DNA of 46,937 nt from Myxococcota bacterium (lineage in GTDB: Bacteria; Myxococcota; UBA4151). This document shows positions 1 through 8,971 of the stretch, in pieces (within the stretch, counting starts at the first letter, position 1; each line of letters opens with the position of its first letter). Location: contig JBDQPD010000011.1 in NCBI GenBank assembly GCA_040260805.1, positions 1-46,937 of the forward strand, read 5' to 3'. Under the pieces are notes generated by a model, which saw only the letters and a program-made list of their open reading frames with translations, ran no database searches and had not been told where the DNA came from. A program made the translations under genes and the position numbers.

Positions 1-591
1 AAAGATCAGGATGGTGCCGTCGGTTCGCTTCGACCCGTGAGCCAAAGCAGCCGCTGTGGGCTCATTGATCATTCGCACGACATTCAGACCGGCGATCTCA
101 CCGGCGACGCGTGTGGCCGCCCGCTGGGAGTCGTTAAAGTAGGCTGGGACCGTGATCACGGCTCGGGTCACTGGCTCACCTAAAAAGGCTTCCGCCCGAT
201 CCCTCAACCCTGCGAGGATTTCAGCGCAGACCGCGGAGGGCGGCAGAATTCCGCTGCGCAACTTCACCCGAGCATCACCGCGCTGACCCGCCACGACTTT
301 GAACGGGCTCGTTCGAAGCTGGTCTTGAACCAAGGGGTGATGAATACCCCTACCGATCAAACGCTTGATCCCGAAGACCGTATACTTGGGGTTCGTCACC
401 GCCTGACGCCGTGCCAGATGACCGACCAAACGAGAACCGTTCGCCGCTTCGGCGACGACCGAAGGGACAAAGTCACCGGTCTCTTCTGCCGAGATCACGA
501 CCGGGCCGTCACCCTGCCAAACTGCAGCGCACGAGTTGGTTGTACCCAAATCAATTCCGATGATCGGGGCGCCGCGGCGAGACTTACTCAT
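1..591 (-). CDS. Hsp70/DnaK-family chaperone paralog, N-terminal ATPase part (runs off the window edge; absent from the ORF track)
   Basis: Manual translation from ATG 591 gives [25 protein letters not shown]...[43 protein letters not shown]. It contains the Hsp70 signatures [17 protein letters not shown] and NEPTAAA. The ATG overlaps the upstream stop (TGATG). Confidence 0.93.
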   Translation of the reverse strand, partial: MSKSRRGAPIIGIDLGTTNSCAAVWQGDGPVVISAEETGDFVPSVVAEAANGSRLVGHLARRQAVTNPKYTVFGIKRLIGRGIHHPLVQDQLRTSPFKVVAGQRGDARVKLRSGILPPSAVCAEILAGLRDRAEAFLGEPVTRAVITVPAYFNDSQRAATRVAGEIAGLNVVRMINEPTAAALAHGSKRTDGTILIF

Positions 592-1907
592 CAGGACCCT
601 TGCCTCGTTTTACGCAATCGTTCAGCAACGTCAGCCGCAGTGGGATCAATCTCTAGAATCCGCTGCGCAGTGCGAGCAGACTTGGCTGGCATTTCGGCGG
701 CGTCAAAAATATCGAGCTGAATTCTCAAAAACGCGGGATTATCCGGCTCTTCAGAGATTGCCCGATCCACCATTTCCGACGCCATCTTCAGGTCTTCGCC
801 GACTCGAAGAAGCATCGCCGCAGACTTCGCCCAGAACTCAGGCCGATGCGGTGCGCTCTTAGCGGCGTGCATATAAGCGACAGCAGCTCGATCCCAACGC
901 CCAACGCCTTCGTTGAAGTCCGCAGCCTTGACATGCTTCTCGGCGCGCTCATCGCTCGCTCGTCGCCTGAACCGCTCTTCCATCTCTTTGTAGGTTGGAT
1001 TGTTCGGATCAAAGGTCCTGGCAGTCAGTATGGCGTTGTACGCTTTGACGTATTGCCTCTGCTCAGCAGCCATCATCGCATCGGCATAGATATCCTTAGC
1101 CTGAGCGATCCGTCGAAACATCGGATTCTTTTGCATGCGGCGCGCCTTGAGCGCTCTCGCCACGCGAGCCCGCTCTGCTAACGCCGCCGGATCGACGACC
1201 TCTTTGAGCGCACCATCAGAGACCAAGCGATCACGTAGCTCATCTCTCGAGGTGTCGTTGAGCATCACCTCAGCGACTCGACTAAGGCGCGCTGAGTGTC
1301 GGAGAATCAGGGGACCAAAGGTTCCGAGATCGTGCTCGAAGTAGGTGTCGGGATGAAAGAGCTTGAGTTTGTTATTGACCGCCTTGCGAATCGCTTTGGC
1401 TTCGGCTCGATGCGAGACGTCAAACAAAGCAAAGGCGTCGAGCTCTTTGTTGCGATCGCACCAAATGAGCTCTTTGCGCAGCGCCATCGGCAGATCGTTG
1501 ACCTCCTCAAGAGGTTCGCGAGGAAATCTCATGCCCGTATAACGCCCCACACCGATCAGATCGGCTTCATGAACGGTGTTGACACGTCTCGCCACCGCGA
1601 CCGGCGCGATCGAGTCCTCACCCTCGTTCGCTGCTGCGCCCAAAGAGGCTGTCTCTTCATCGCTCAAAGCGGTCGTTCCGTCAGGACGGTCAATCACGCT
1701 TTGCGCCTCTAAACGCAGTAAGCCACGGGCAATCACCACAGGAGTCGTTCCCAGCAATGCTGCCAGCTCTCGAACGGTTGTGCGTCCATCGATACGACTG
1801 AACAAATGGCGCTCTTCTGCGCCCATTTGCACCGTAGCTAGGTCGATATCGGTCTGCAAACTAGGCGCAAAGTCACCTTGGTATCGCAGCATAGGATCGA
1901 CACTCAT
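591..1907 (-). CDS. J-domain co-chaperone with N-terminal winged-helix-like segment and C-terminal TPR repeats
   Basis: J-domain-like DAFALFDV...[18 protein letters not shown] with the HPD motif, followed by TPR-like helices ([29 protein letters not shown]). Start placed at ATG 1907, which follows GGAGG. Confidence 0.8.
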   Translation of the reverse strand: MSVDPMLRYQGDFAPSLQTDIDLATVQMGAEERHLFSRIDGRTTVRELAALLGTTPVVIARGLLRLEAQSVIDRPDGTTALSDEETASLGAAANEGEDSIAPVAVARRVNTVHEADLIGVGRYTGMRFPREPLEEVNDLPMALRKELIWCDRNKELDAFALFDVSHRAEAKAIRKAVNNKLKLFHPDTYFEHDLGTFGPLILRHSARLSRVAEVMLNDTSRDELRDRLVSDGALKEVVDPAALAERARVARALKARRMQKNPMFRRIAQAKDIYADAMMAAEQRQYVKAYNAILTARTFDPNNPTYKEMEERFRRRASDERAEKHVKAADFNEGVGRWDRAAVAYMHAAKSAPHRPEFWAKSAAMLLRVGEDLKMASEMVDRAISEEPDNPAFLRIQLDIFDAAEMPAKSARTAQRILEIDPTAADVAERLRKTRQGS

Positions 1908-2004
1908 GGACAGGCCTCCACCGGTACAAACTCCCCCATGCCCCGCACGCGCGATGGGACTCGTCTGGCATACAGTACCCAAGGCCAGTCAAGATTGCAG
2001 CTTT

Positions 2005-2919
2005 TCACGACTCAGAAAGTAGCTCGACCAGTAATCCGCACTGAGCGTGCATTCGATTTTCAGCCTCTTGCCACGCCACCGATCGCGGACCGTCGATCAG
2101 CTCAGCGGTCACCTCATCCCCTCGATGGGCAGGCAAACAATGCAACAAAAGCGCATGATCCGCTGCTTGCTTCATGAGCTCATCATTTACCTGATAAGGC
2201 ATGAAGACGCGGCGTTTTTCCTCCGCATCTTTTTCTTGGCCCATGGACACCCAGACATCGGTGATCAAGGCGTCAGCCCCCTCAACGATCTGCTGCGCAT
2301 CGACCGACCACACCACCGACTCGGGGGCGATCTCGTTACAGCGCGCAAACAAGGCTGCGTCGGGCTCGAAGCCGAGAGGCGTAGCGATACGCAGCTGAAA
2401 CCCGGTAATCGCCGCAGCGATCATCCAGGAGTGGCACACGTTGTTTCCATCGCCGACCCACGCAAGCCGCCTGCCTTCCCAAGCCCCCCAATTCTCTTTG
2501 AGGGTCAAGAGGTCGGCTAGAATCTGACAGGGGTGATAACTGTCACAAAGACCATTAACCACAGGCACCGAGCTGTACTCCGCAAGGTGCTCGACGTTCA
2601 GATGATCAAAGGTCCGCACCACGATTGCGTCGACATAAGACGAGAACACGCGCGCCACATCGGCGACCGGCTCGCGCTTTCCTAAGCCGACCTCATAATG
2701 CTTGAGCGCTATGGCTTGCCCACCGAGTCGAAACATACCGACCTCGAAGCTCGTTCGCGTCCGCAGGCTCGGCTTTTCAAACAACAAGCCAAGAACTTTG
2801 CCTTTGAGTAAAGGCTGAGGGTGACCTGAACGGATCGCAGTCTTGATCGCTAAACCCGAGTCAACCACTCGGCATATCGTGTCGTGATCAAGGTCCCAAA
2901 GGTTACGCAGGTGCCGCAT
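2005..2919 (-). CDS. argF: ornithine carbamoyltransferase
   Basis: Motifs FEKPSLRT, HPCQILAD, GDGNNV, TDVWVSMG and HCLP. ATG 2919 is preceded by GGAGG. Confidence 0.95.
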   Translation of the reverse strand: MRHLRNLWDLDHDTICRVVDSGLAIKTAIRSGHPQPLLKGKVLGLLFEKPSLRTRTSFEVGMFRLGGQAIALKHYEVGLGKREPVADVARVFSSYVDAIVVRTFDHLNVEHLAEYSSVPVVNGLCDSYHPCQILADLLTLKENWGAWEGRRLAWVGDGNNVCHSWMIAAAITGFQLRIATPLGFEPDAALFARCNEIAPESVVWSVDAQQIVEGADALITDVWVSMGQEKDAEEKRRVFMPYQVNDELMKQAADHALLLHCLPAHRGDEVTAELIDGPRSVAWQEAENRMHAQCGLLVELLSES

Positions 2920-4105
2920 GAAGAGCCTCCTCGAGCGCATTCCCAAGCAGCGATGCGAGGCGCTCAATCTGCTCTGCGTCGATGATTAAGGGCGGCGCAA
3001 GACGCACCACTTGACCCCCAGCGACCATACCGATCATCAACCCGTGCTGACGGGCGATTGCGGGCAAGTCAGGGAGCGGGTCTCCTGCCAACTCAAGGCC
3101 GCGCAGTAAGCCGCGGCCGCGCAAGCGAACCGCTGGTTTACCCGCTCCAATCAGGGGCGCAAAAGCCTCGTCCATTTTGGCGCCCATAGCACGAACATGC
3201 TCGATCAAGCCGCCCTCAGTGAGACGTCGCAGCACCACATTGGCAGCCGCACAGGCGACTGGGTTACCACCAAAGGTCGAGGCATGGGTCCCAGGCACTA
3301 AGCATGAGGCGAGCTTTGAGCCGGCAAGGAACGCGCCGACCGGCAAACCGCCACCGAGCCCTTTGGCTAGACTCGCCCCATCCGGGGCCACGCCCTCATG
3401 GTCACAGCCCAAGAAATCGCCGGTCCGACCGACCCCTGTCTGCACCTCATCAAAGAGTAAAAAGCATCCGGAACGATCGGCGAGATCACGGAGTCCTTTG
3501 AGGTAGCCAAGCGGGGGGACGACGACCCCACCCTCACCTTGGATCGGCTCGACCATAATCGCCGCCGTGTGCTCAGTAATCGCTGCGGCCATCGCCTCCA
3601 AATCACCATAGGGAACGTAGGAAACGCCGGGAAGCATCGGCTCAAAGCCTTTGTGGTATTTCGGCTGTCCGGTGAGCGTAACGGTCGCCATCGTGCGACC
3701 ATGAAAACTGTTCGTTGCGGTGATGAACTCGAAGCGCTTCAAGCCTGCGTCGTAGTGCGCTCTTCGCGCCGCCTTGAGCATCGCTTCATTGGCTTCGGCG
3801 CCCGAGTTGGCAAAGAACACGCGCTCAGCGAAGGTCGCCGCCACTAAGCGACCGCTCAGCTCCATTGAAGGAGCCGTCCAGTATAGGTTGCTGGTGTGGG
3901 TGATGCGAGCGGCTTGCGTCGCCACAGCACGCACCAACTCTTCATCATTATGCCCCAGCGAATTGACCGCAATGCCTGCGATGGCGTCAAGGTAGCGATT
4001 TCCACGGTCATCAAAGAGCATGACCCCTTCGCCGCGCTCGACGACAAATTCTGGCTGGCGATAGGTGGGCGCAAAATCAGCTCGAGCCTTATCAATAGAA
4101 CTCAT
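2903..4105 (-). CDS. argD: acetylornithine aminotransferase (class III PLP)
   Basis: Motifs NSGAEANE, SFHGRT, EPIQGEGG, FDEVQTGVGRTG and SLAKGLGGG. Lies between argB and argF. Confidence 0.93.
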   Translation of the reverse strand: MSSIDKARADFAPTYRQPEFVVERGEGVMLFDDRGNRYLDAIAGIAVNSLGHNDEELVRAVATQAARITHTSNLYWTAPSMELSGRLVAATFAERVFFANSGAEANEAMLKAARRAHYDAGLKRFEFITATNSFHGRTMATVTLTGQPKYHKGFEPMLPGVSYVPYGDLEAMAAAITEHTAAIMVEPIQGEGGVVVPPLGYLKGLRDLADRSGCFLLFDEVQTGVGRTGDFLGCDHEGVAPDGASLAKGLGGGLPVGAFLAGSKLASCLVPGTHASTFGGNPVACAAANVVLRRLTEGGLIEHVRAMGAKMDEAFAPLIGAGKPAVRLRGRGLLRGLELAGDPLPDLPAIARQHGLMIGMVAGGQVVRLAPPLIIDAEQIERLASLLGNALEEALHAAPA

Positions 4106-4992
4106 CACGTGCTCCGATCAGCGATCTCAGTACCGACCCCTTCGTCGGTAAAAAGTTCAAGCAGAATGGCATGTGGAACCGTGCCGTTCATGATGGTGAC
4201 TTTCTTGACGCCCCCGAGCAGCGCATCGACTGCGCCGCGCACTTTGGGGATCATGCCGCCGGAGATGGTTCCCTCAGCGATCATCGGCTCCACATCACTG
4301 ATATCGAGCTGCCTGAGCAGCACGCCATCTTTGTCTTTGACGCCGTCGACGTCGGTCATCAGCAACAGACGCTCGGCGCCTAGCTCAATGGCGACTTGTT
4401 GCGCGACGAGGTCGGCGTTGATGTTCAGAGCCACACCGCCCGGCCCGTAGCCGACCGGCGCTACCACTGGAATGATCTCAGATTTCTCCAGCGTCTTGAT
4501 GATGGTTGGGTCAACCGCTTCGACCATACCAACTCGACCCAAATCGATCAGCTCGGGGGTCTGATTCGAAGGTTGCGCTTCCATCTTCTTGGCTTTGAGC
4601 AAACCGGCGTCACGCCCAGTCAAACCAACGGCTTGTCCGCCGTGACGACCAATCCGGGCGACGATCTCTTTGTTCACCTGACCCGCTAAGACCATCTCGA
4701 CCACATCCATGGTCTGCGCATCGGTAATCCGCATGCCCCCATGAAACCGGCTCTCGATCCCAAGCTCTTCGAGCATCTTCCCGATCTGCGGTCCGCCGCC
4801 GTGGACGACCACCGGGTTAATCCGAGCCTGTTCCAGCAAGACCAGGTCACGCGCAAAAGCCTCTTTGAGGTCTCGGTCGACCATCGCGTGTCCGCCATAC
4901 TTTAAGACGATGGTCTGTTTTCGATAGCGCTGAAAATAAGGCAGCGCCTCCTCGAGGACCTGAGCGCGCGCTTCACGAGTGATGGTGCTCAT
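4105..4992 (-). CDS. argB: acetylglutamate kinase
   Basis: Motifs KYGGHAM, VHGGGPQI, NINAD and GGMIPKV. ATG 4992 follows GGAGGG. Confidence 0.96.
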   Translation of the reverse strand: MSTITREARAQVLEEALPYFQRYRKQTIVLKYGGHAMVDRDLKEAFARDLVLLEQARINPVVVHGGGPQIGKMLEELGIESRFHGGMRITDAQTMDVVEMVLAGQVNKEIVARIGRHGGQAVGLTGRDAGLLKAKKMEAQPSNQTPELIDLGRVGMVEAVDPTIIKTLEKSEIIPVVAPVGYGPGGVALNINADLVAQQVAIELGAERLLLMTDVDGVKDKDGVLLRQLDISDVEPMIAEGTISGGMIPKVRGAVDALLGGVKKVTIMNGTVPHAILLELFTDEGVGTEIADRST

Positions 4993-5972
4993 GGGCAACC
5001 CTCCGCATTCGAACATTGCCCGTCAAAGCAGGCGAGTCCCATCAGGCAATGACGATCGCGAGAACACGTCGCCCCCGCCTCGCCGCGCACGGCGCAGGAG
5101 AGCTCAACGCACGCGCCCAGCGGACCGCAACTGAAATCTTCAGAGCAGGCAGCGCCGGTCTCTAGGTAGCGACGACAGAATTCGCCGTCGCACCAGTTAC
5201 CCTCAAGGCAAGCTGAACCCTCTTGAACACACGGGCTACCGGTCAACCGCTCAATTTTAGCCGTACAGACCCGGTCCGCACAGTACAAATTCTCGGCGCA
5301 ATCACGAATCCCTCGATCATCGGCGCAAGGCGCATTCACCCCGCGCTGCGCTTCACAGACTCGGCGCTCTAGATGACAAAACAGAGCCGGCCCGCACTCG
5401 ACGTCTTGCTCACAGGCTTCTCCGGCGCTGCGTCTAGGGCGACACACGTCGCGCACACACACCGCCCCTTCGACGCATGGAAATTCAGCGCAGGACTCAG
5501 CGATCGCGCTGCGTGGCTCGCACTGCCCACAGCCGTCTCGGTCACGGGCACAGTATCCGCCCAGACAGTCGCCGTTAACCAGACAAGCGCCGCTCGTCGC
5601 AGCGCGCGCTCCAAAAGCTTCACGGCAGACGGTGAGGTCAACGACCCACTCGTCCATGATCGCGCATTCTGCGCTGGCTACGGCGCTCGTACACGCCGAA
5701 GCCTGAGCCGTGTCAAAGTCTTCAAAGGGTCGCATGAGGGCGACCTGCTCTACCGCTCGACACCCTGCTTTGGCCGCCTCGAGGCAAGCAGCCCCTTGCT
5801 GGGCGCGGTCATTCGAGACCGCACACCAATCACGGCGGTCGCACCAAGCTTGAGCGTAGGAATCACAGCTGCGTACAAAGACCTGCAAGGGCGTCAAAAC
5901 AGGCTCAGGAGGCTGCGTAGGATCCGGACAGCCCGTCAAGCAGGCTAGAACCAGCAACCGCTTGAAATGCAT
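4989..5972 (-). CDS. Cys-rich lipoprotein with tandem four-Cys repeats (Dickkopf-N/EB-like)
   Basis: Lipobox LTGC, about 40 Cys, and about seven GxxC-x5-C-x4/5-C-x4-C units. Coupled to both neighbours by stop/start overlaps. Confidence 0.8.
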   Translation of the reverse strand: MHFKRLLVLACLTGCPDPTQPPEPVLTPLQVFVRSCDSYAQAWCDRRDWCAVSNDRAQQGAACLEAAKAGCRAVEQVALMRPFEDFDTAQASACTSAVASAECAIMDEWVVDLTVCREAFGARAATSGACLVNGDCLGGYCARDRDGCGQCEPRSAIAESCAEFPCVEGAVCVRDVCRPRRSAGEACEQDVECGPALFCHLERRVCEAQRGVNAPCADDRGIRDCAENLYCADRVCTAKIERLTGSPCVQEGSACLEGNWCDGEFCRRYLETGAACSEDFSCGPLGACVELSCAVRGEAGATCSRDRHCLMGLACFDGQCSNAEGCP

Positions 5973-7618
5973 CACGGGGGCGTCACCACACCAAATCGAG
6001 CGACGAGGGGACGAGCACCCAGCGCATCATGCTGCATGGTGTACGTGATCTCTTCGGGCCAAGTGCTCCCAGCCGAGCCCGAGATCGCCACGTTGACCAC
6101 GACGCTCGCGCCCGCAGCCACGGTCAATGGCAGCGCCACCTCTTCGCCACCGACCGTCATGGTCGTTGCGTCGTTAAGCCAGTTGTCCGGCGTCGCCACC
6201 GTGCCGCTGGTGGTCATCAGCTGTACCGTGCTGACCTCGGCGTCTTCTGCGCCTGCGTTGGTCAAGGTGACGTCGACGCTGCCGCTGTACAAACCCTCTG
6301 CCTCTTGAAAGCTGAGATCGCCCGAGACGCCAACGGTCAGCTGAGCATCGCTCGCCGAACCGATCGGAACGTAGAACGCACCGGTCACGCCGCCAGGGTT
6401 TCCAACGCCTGGCGTGTTGGACTGAAACACCAGCTGACTGCGCGCCGCCGTGCCGCCCCAATGATAGACCGTAATCTCGACTTCATCTTGCCCGCCATCG
6501 GCGCCGTCGTAGGCCTCAAGGCGGAACCCCGAGCCGCGATTACTCGAGCAGGTCAAAGCGCCCTCATCTTCGCTTCGCTCGCCCGGGCGGCAACCAAAAT
6601 CATCGGCGTCCTGCTCGCCGTTGCCGTCGAGATCGAGGTACACTTTATTGATCGGGATCGGGGTGTTGCCGATGCTCTTGAGGGTCACCACCGACGAGTC
6701 GCCGCCCGTCACGACCAAGGCGCCAGGCTCGACGACGCCCTTGCGTCCGTTACCGATCCCTTGGAGCGGGATGCGCACCTCAGGCTTGAAGGGGTCGTCG
6801 GTCAAGATCACCAGCGTGGCTTCATCAGCGCCGACCTCACGCGCTATATAGGTGATGTCAAAGCTCAAGGGTAGATCCGGATCATCGGTCGGCTCTTGGC
6901 TACAGTCGCCCGTCACAAAGTTACGAATCGCGACCGGCGCATCGCCTTCGGACTGAGGTACCGTGACCTCTTCCTCAAGGCGACCTTCACCCGCTTCGAA
7001 AAACCCGCGATCGATAAACCAGCGCCTTGAATCCGATTCGATGTACGCTCGGTTGATGTGCAGTACTTCGCTCCCCAAGTTGTGCAACTTCAACACGGCG
7101 GCGCCGAGCTGTCCTTGCTGAACGTTGTCGATCACCACGCTTGGGCACACACCAAAGACGCCGGCCTCACCGGCAGCGTCTTCGCAGCGCCAGTCAAGCC
7201 GCGGGGCGCGCTGAGCGACCGAATAACCAGCCAGGCTGATGGTGCGAGTGCCCGGGTTGTCGGTGACCGAGAACTCAATATTCATGGTGCCGGTGTCGGC
7301 GTTGCCCTCGGTCGTCGGCGAATAGTTAACCTCAAAGGGGAGCGTCGTTGACGCGCTGAGAATCGAGGGGACATCACCGGGGCCAAAGACGGCTTCACCC
7401 TCGGTCACTCGGTACCCCGAGAAGGTCACGCGCTCGGGCGTGCCGTTGGTGAGGTCTAGCGTTCGGGTACAGGTCGAGCCGGCGATGACGACCCCAAAGT
7501 CGATCGAATCATCGCTCAGGCTGATGTCATCAGGGTTCCCGTCACCGCCACCGCAGTCGCAACCAGCGAGCGATAAGGTAGCGAAGGCAAAGGCGACAGC
7601 GATCGGTTTCATTCGCAT
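5972..7618 (-). CDS. lipoprotein with several Ig-like (ASPM-SPD2-Hydin / choice-of-anchor D-like) domains
   Basis: Lipobox LAGC-DC. Repeated Ig-type patterns (IDFGVV..TLDLTNGT; LKLHNLGSEVLHI; LVILTDDP..VRIPLQGIG; VTLTNAG) and a DxDGNG Ca-binding-like loop. ATG 7618 follows GGAG. Confidence 0.75.
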   Translation of the reverse strand: MRMKPIAVAFAFATLSLAGCDCGGGDGNPDDISLSDDSIDFGVVIAGSTCTRTLDLTNGTPERVTFSGYRVTEGEAVFGPGDVPSILSASTTLPFEVNYSPTTEGNADTGTMNIEFSVTDNPGTRTISLAGYSVAQRAPRLDWRCEDAAGEAGVFGVCPSVVIDNVQQGQLGAAVLKLHNLGSEVLHINRAYIESDSRRWFIDRGFFEAGEGRLEEEVTVPQSEGDAPVAIRNFVTGDCSQEPTDDPDLPLSFDITYIAREVGADEATLVILTDDPFKPEVRIPLQGIGNGRKGVVEPGALVVTGGDSSVVTLKSIGNTPIPINKVYLDLDGNGEQDADDFGCRPGERSEDEGALTCSSNRGSGFRLEAYDGADGGQDEVEITVYHWGGTAARSQLVFQSNTPGVGNPGGVTGAFYVPIGSASDAQLTVGVSGDLSFQEAEGLYSGSVDVTLTNAGAEDAEVSTVQLMTTSGTVATPDNWLNDATTMTVGGEEVALPLTVAAGASVVVNVAISGSAGSTWPEEITYTMQHDALGARPLVARFGVVTPP

Positions 7619-7639
7619 GATATTCTCCAAGGCCCAGGG

Positions 7640-7668
7640 GGGGTAGCGTAGGCGTCTTTACCCGTCAA
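7640..7668 (-). promoter_or_regulatory. putative sigma70-type promoter for the lipoprotein-arg operon
   Basis: The minus strand reads TTGACG-N17-TACCCC just upstream of the SD and ATG 7618. The -10 match is weak. Confidence 0.3.
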
Positions 7669-7784
7669 TCGAGTCGACGCACCACCGCCCACGTAGTGGG
7701 CGCTGCGAAGTGGCTAAAGTCGACCGGTGGTTGGAGTTTGATCCGATTGCAGATAAACCCCTCAAGCAGGAGGCTCTTGAAACC

Positions 7785-7949
7785 GTGAAGTCTGTGCTCC
7801 AAACCTTGCTCGCTAGCGCCATGACCCTAAGCGCCGTTCACTGCGTCGACCCGGCAATTCCCGAACGGGGAGTCATCGTCCCCGAAGTCGAAAAGACGAC
7901 GCCAAAGACCGAAGCCAAGCCCGCCAACGGGCCTAAACTGGAGCTCTGA
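7785..7949 (+). CDS. small secreted or lipoprotein-like hypothetical protein (about 54 aa)
   Basis: AGGAGG at 7768-7773, then GTG 7785 giving MKSVLQTLLASAMTLSAVHC. The stop lies 2 nt before the next ATG. The lipobox is non-canonical. Confidence 0.4.
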   Translation: MKSVLQTLLASAMTLSAVHCVDPAIPERGVIVPEVEKTTPKTEAKPANGPKLEL

Positions 7950-7951
7950 AC

Positions 7952-8971
7952 ATGGGCGCCTTGGTTCTGTTTACAGGGGTCCTCGCCCTCGCTGCGCCCG
8001 ATGGTTTTGGATCCGCAGACGGCAAGGTCCGCGCCAAAACGCCGGTGGCGCGGCCGATCAAGCGCTCGGGACCCCAAAAAGAATCGCTGGAGCGCAAAGC
8101 CAAAAAAGATGAGCGCCGAGCCCTGGTGATCAGCGGTTTGGAGCTCGCCGAGGGGGCGAAAATCCCCGAAGGGGCGGATTACGCCGAGCTGATCGAGCGA
8201 TTGCTCAAGACCAGCAAGGTGCTTCGCCTGGTCTACGCCAAAGACTGCGTTGAGCTTGAGTGCATGCGCAAAGTCGCCGCTGCCGAACAAACACCGCACT
8301 TGGTCTTTGCCAGCATGAGCGGTGACCGGCGGATTACCCTGCTCTTGAATGAGTTGCCCGGTCGCGGCTTGCTGCGCCAACGGACCACACCGCCGCTCGA
8401 GGCAAGCGATCTCTTTGAGACCGAGTTGACCACTGCGCTGACCGGTTTGCTGGGTTTAGGCAGCAAGTCAGAGGGCACTTTTGAGCCGGACGCTCAGAGC
8501 GCTCCCGAGCCGGTAGCCGGTGAGGACGCAGCGGCTTTGGCAAAGCGACGTCAAAAGATTCAGTACTCAACTTATACCGTCTATGCAGGCGCCGGACTGT
8601 TCGGCTTGGGCATGACCGTGGGCACACTGGCGGCGATCAACGCATCGCAGTGGCGTGGTACGAGTTATCGCTTTGAGGATGGCGCGTACCGTGAGCAAAT
8701 TCGTGGGATCGCTCAAACTCGGGCACTGATCGCCGACGTGTTGCTCGTGACCGGTGCGCTGGCCAGCGGAGCGGGCTATTATACACAGCGTCAAGCGGTC
8801 GCAGGCCCCTTTGGCAAAATGACCATCGGCTGGGGTCAAGACACCTGGCAAGAACCCGAACCTACGGACTCAACACCAAAAGCGACTGAAGAAGCCAACA
8901 CCAACCCAGCGACCGATTCGCCAGCGACCGATTCAGTTGAGATCGAGTCGAATCAAGGAGCACAGCCATGA
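7952..8971 (+). CDS. secreted hypothetical protein with C-terminal Gly-rich hydrophobic helices (PEGA/TPR-protein-type tail)
   Basis: Signal peptide-like N-terminus and two Gly/Ala-rich hydrophobic segments (YAGAGLFGLGMTVGTLAA; IADVLLVTGALASGAGYY). ATGA overlap with the next gene. Confidence 0.7.
   Translation: MGALVLFTGVLALAAPDGFGSADGKVRAKTPVARPIKRSGPQKESLERKAKKDERRALVISGLELAEGAKIPEGADYAELIERLLKTSKVLRLVYAKDCVELECMRKVAAAEQTPHLVFASMSGDRRITLLLNELPGRGLLRQRTTPPLEASDLFETELTTALTGLLGLGSKSEGTFEPDAQSAPEPVAGEDAAALAKRRQKIQYSTYTVYAGAGLFGLGMTVGTLAAINASQWRGTSYRFEDGAYREQIRGIAQTRALIADVLLVTGALASGAGYYTQRQAVAGPFGKMTIGWGQDTWQEPEPTDSTPKATEEANTNPATDSPATDSVEIESNQGAQP
8906..8935 (+). repeat. 15-bp tandem repeat x2 (encodes PATDS-PATDS)
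   Basis: ccagcgaccgattcg followed by ccagcgaccgattca, 14/15 identical. Confidence 0.8.

Noticed and set aside
6029..6874. 281-aa plus-strand ORF and many other long antisense ORFs (e.g. 34507-35091, 3896-4450, 5373-5948)
   Set aside because: They are shadows of well-supported genes on the opposite strand in GC-rich DNA, with no motifs or SD.
7637..7650. G7 run and ops-like GGGGGTAGCGTA in the divergent intergenic region
   Set aside because: Seven G's is short for phase variation. The ops match has two mismatches including the conserved C, and the sequence is also explained as the minus-strand -10 region.
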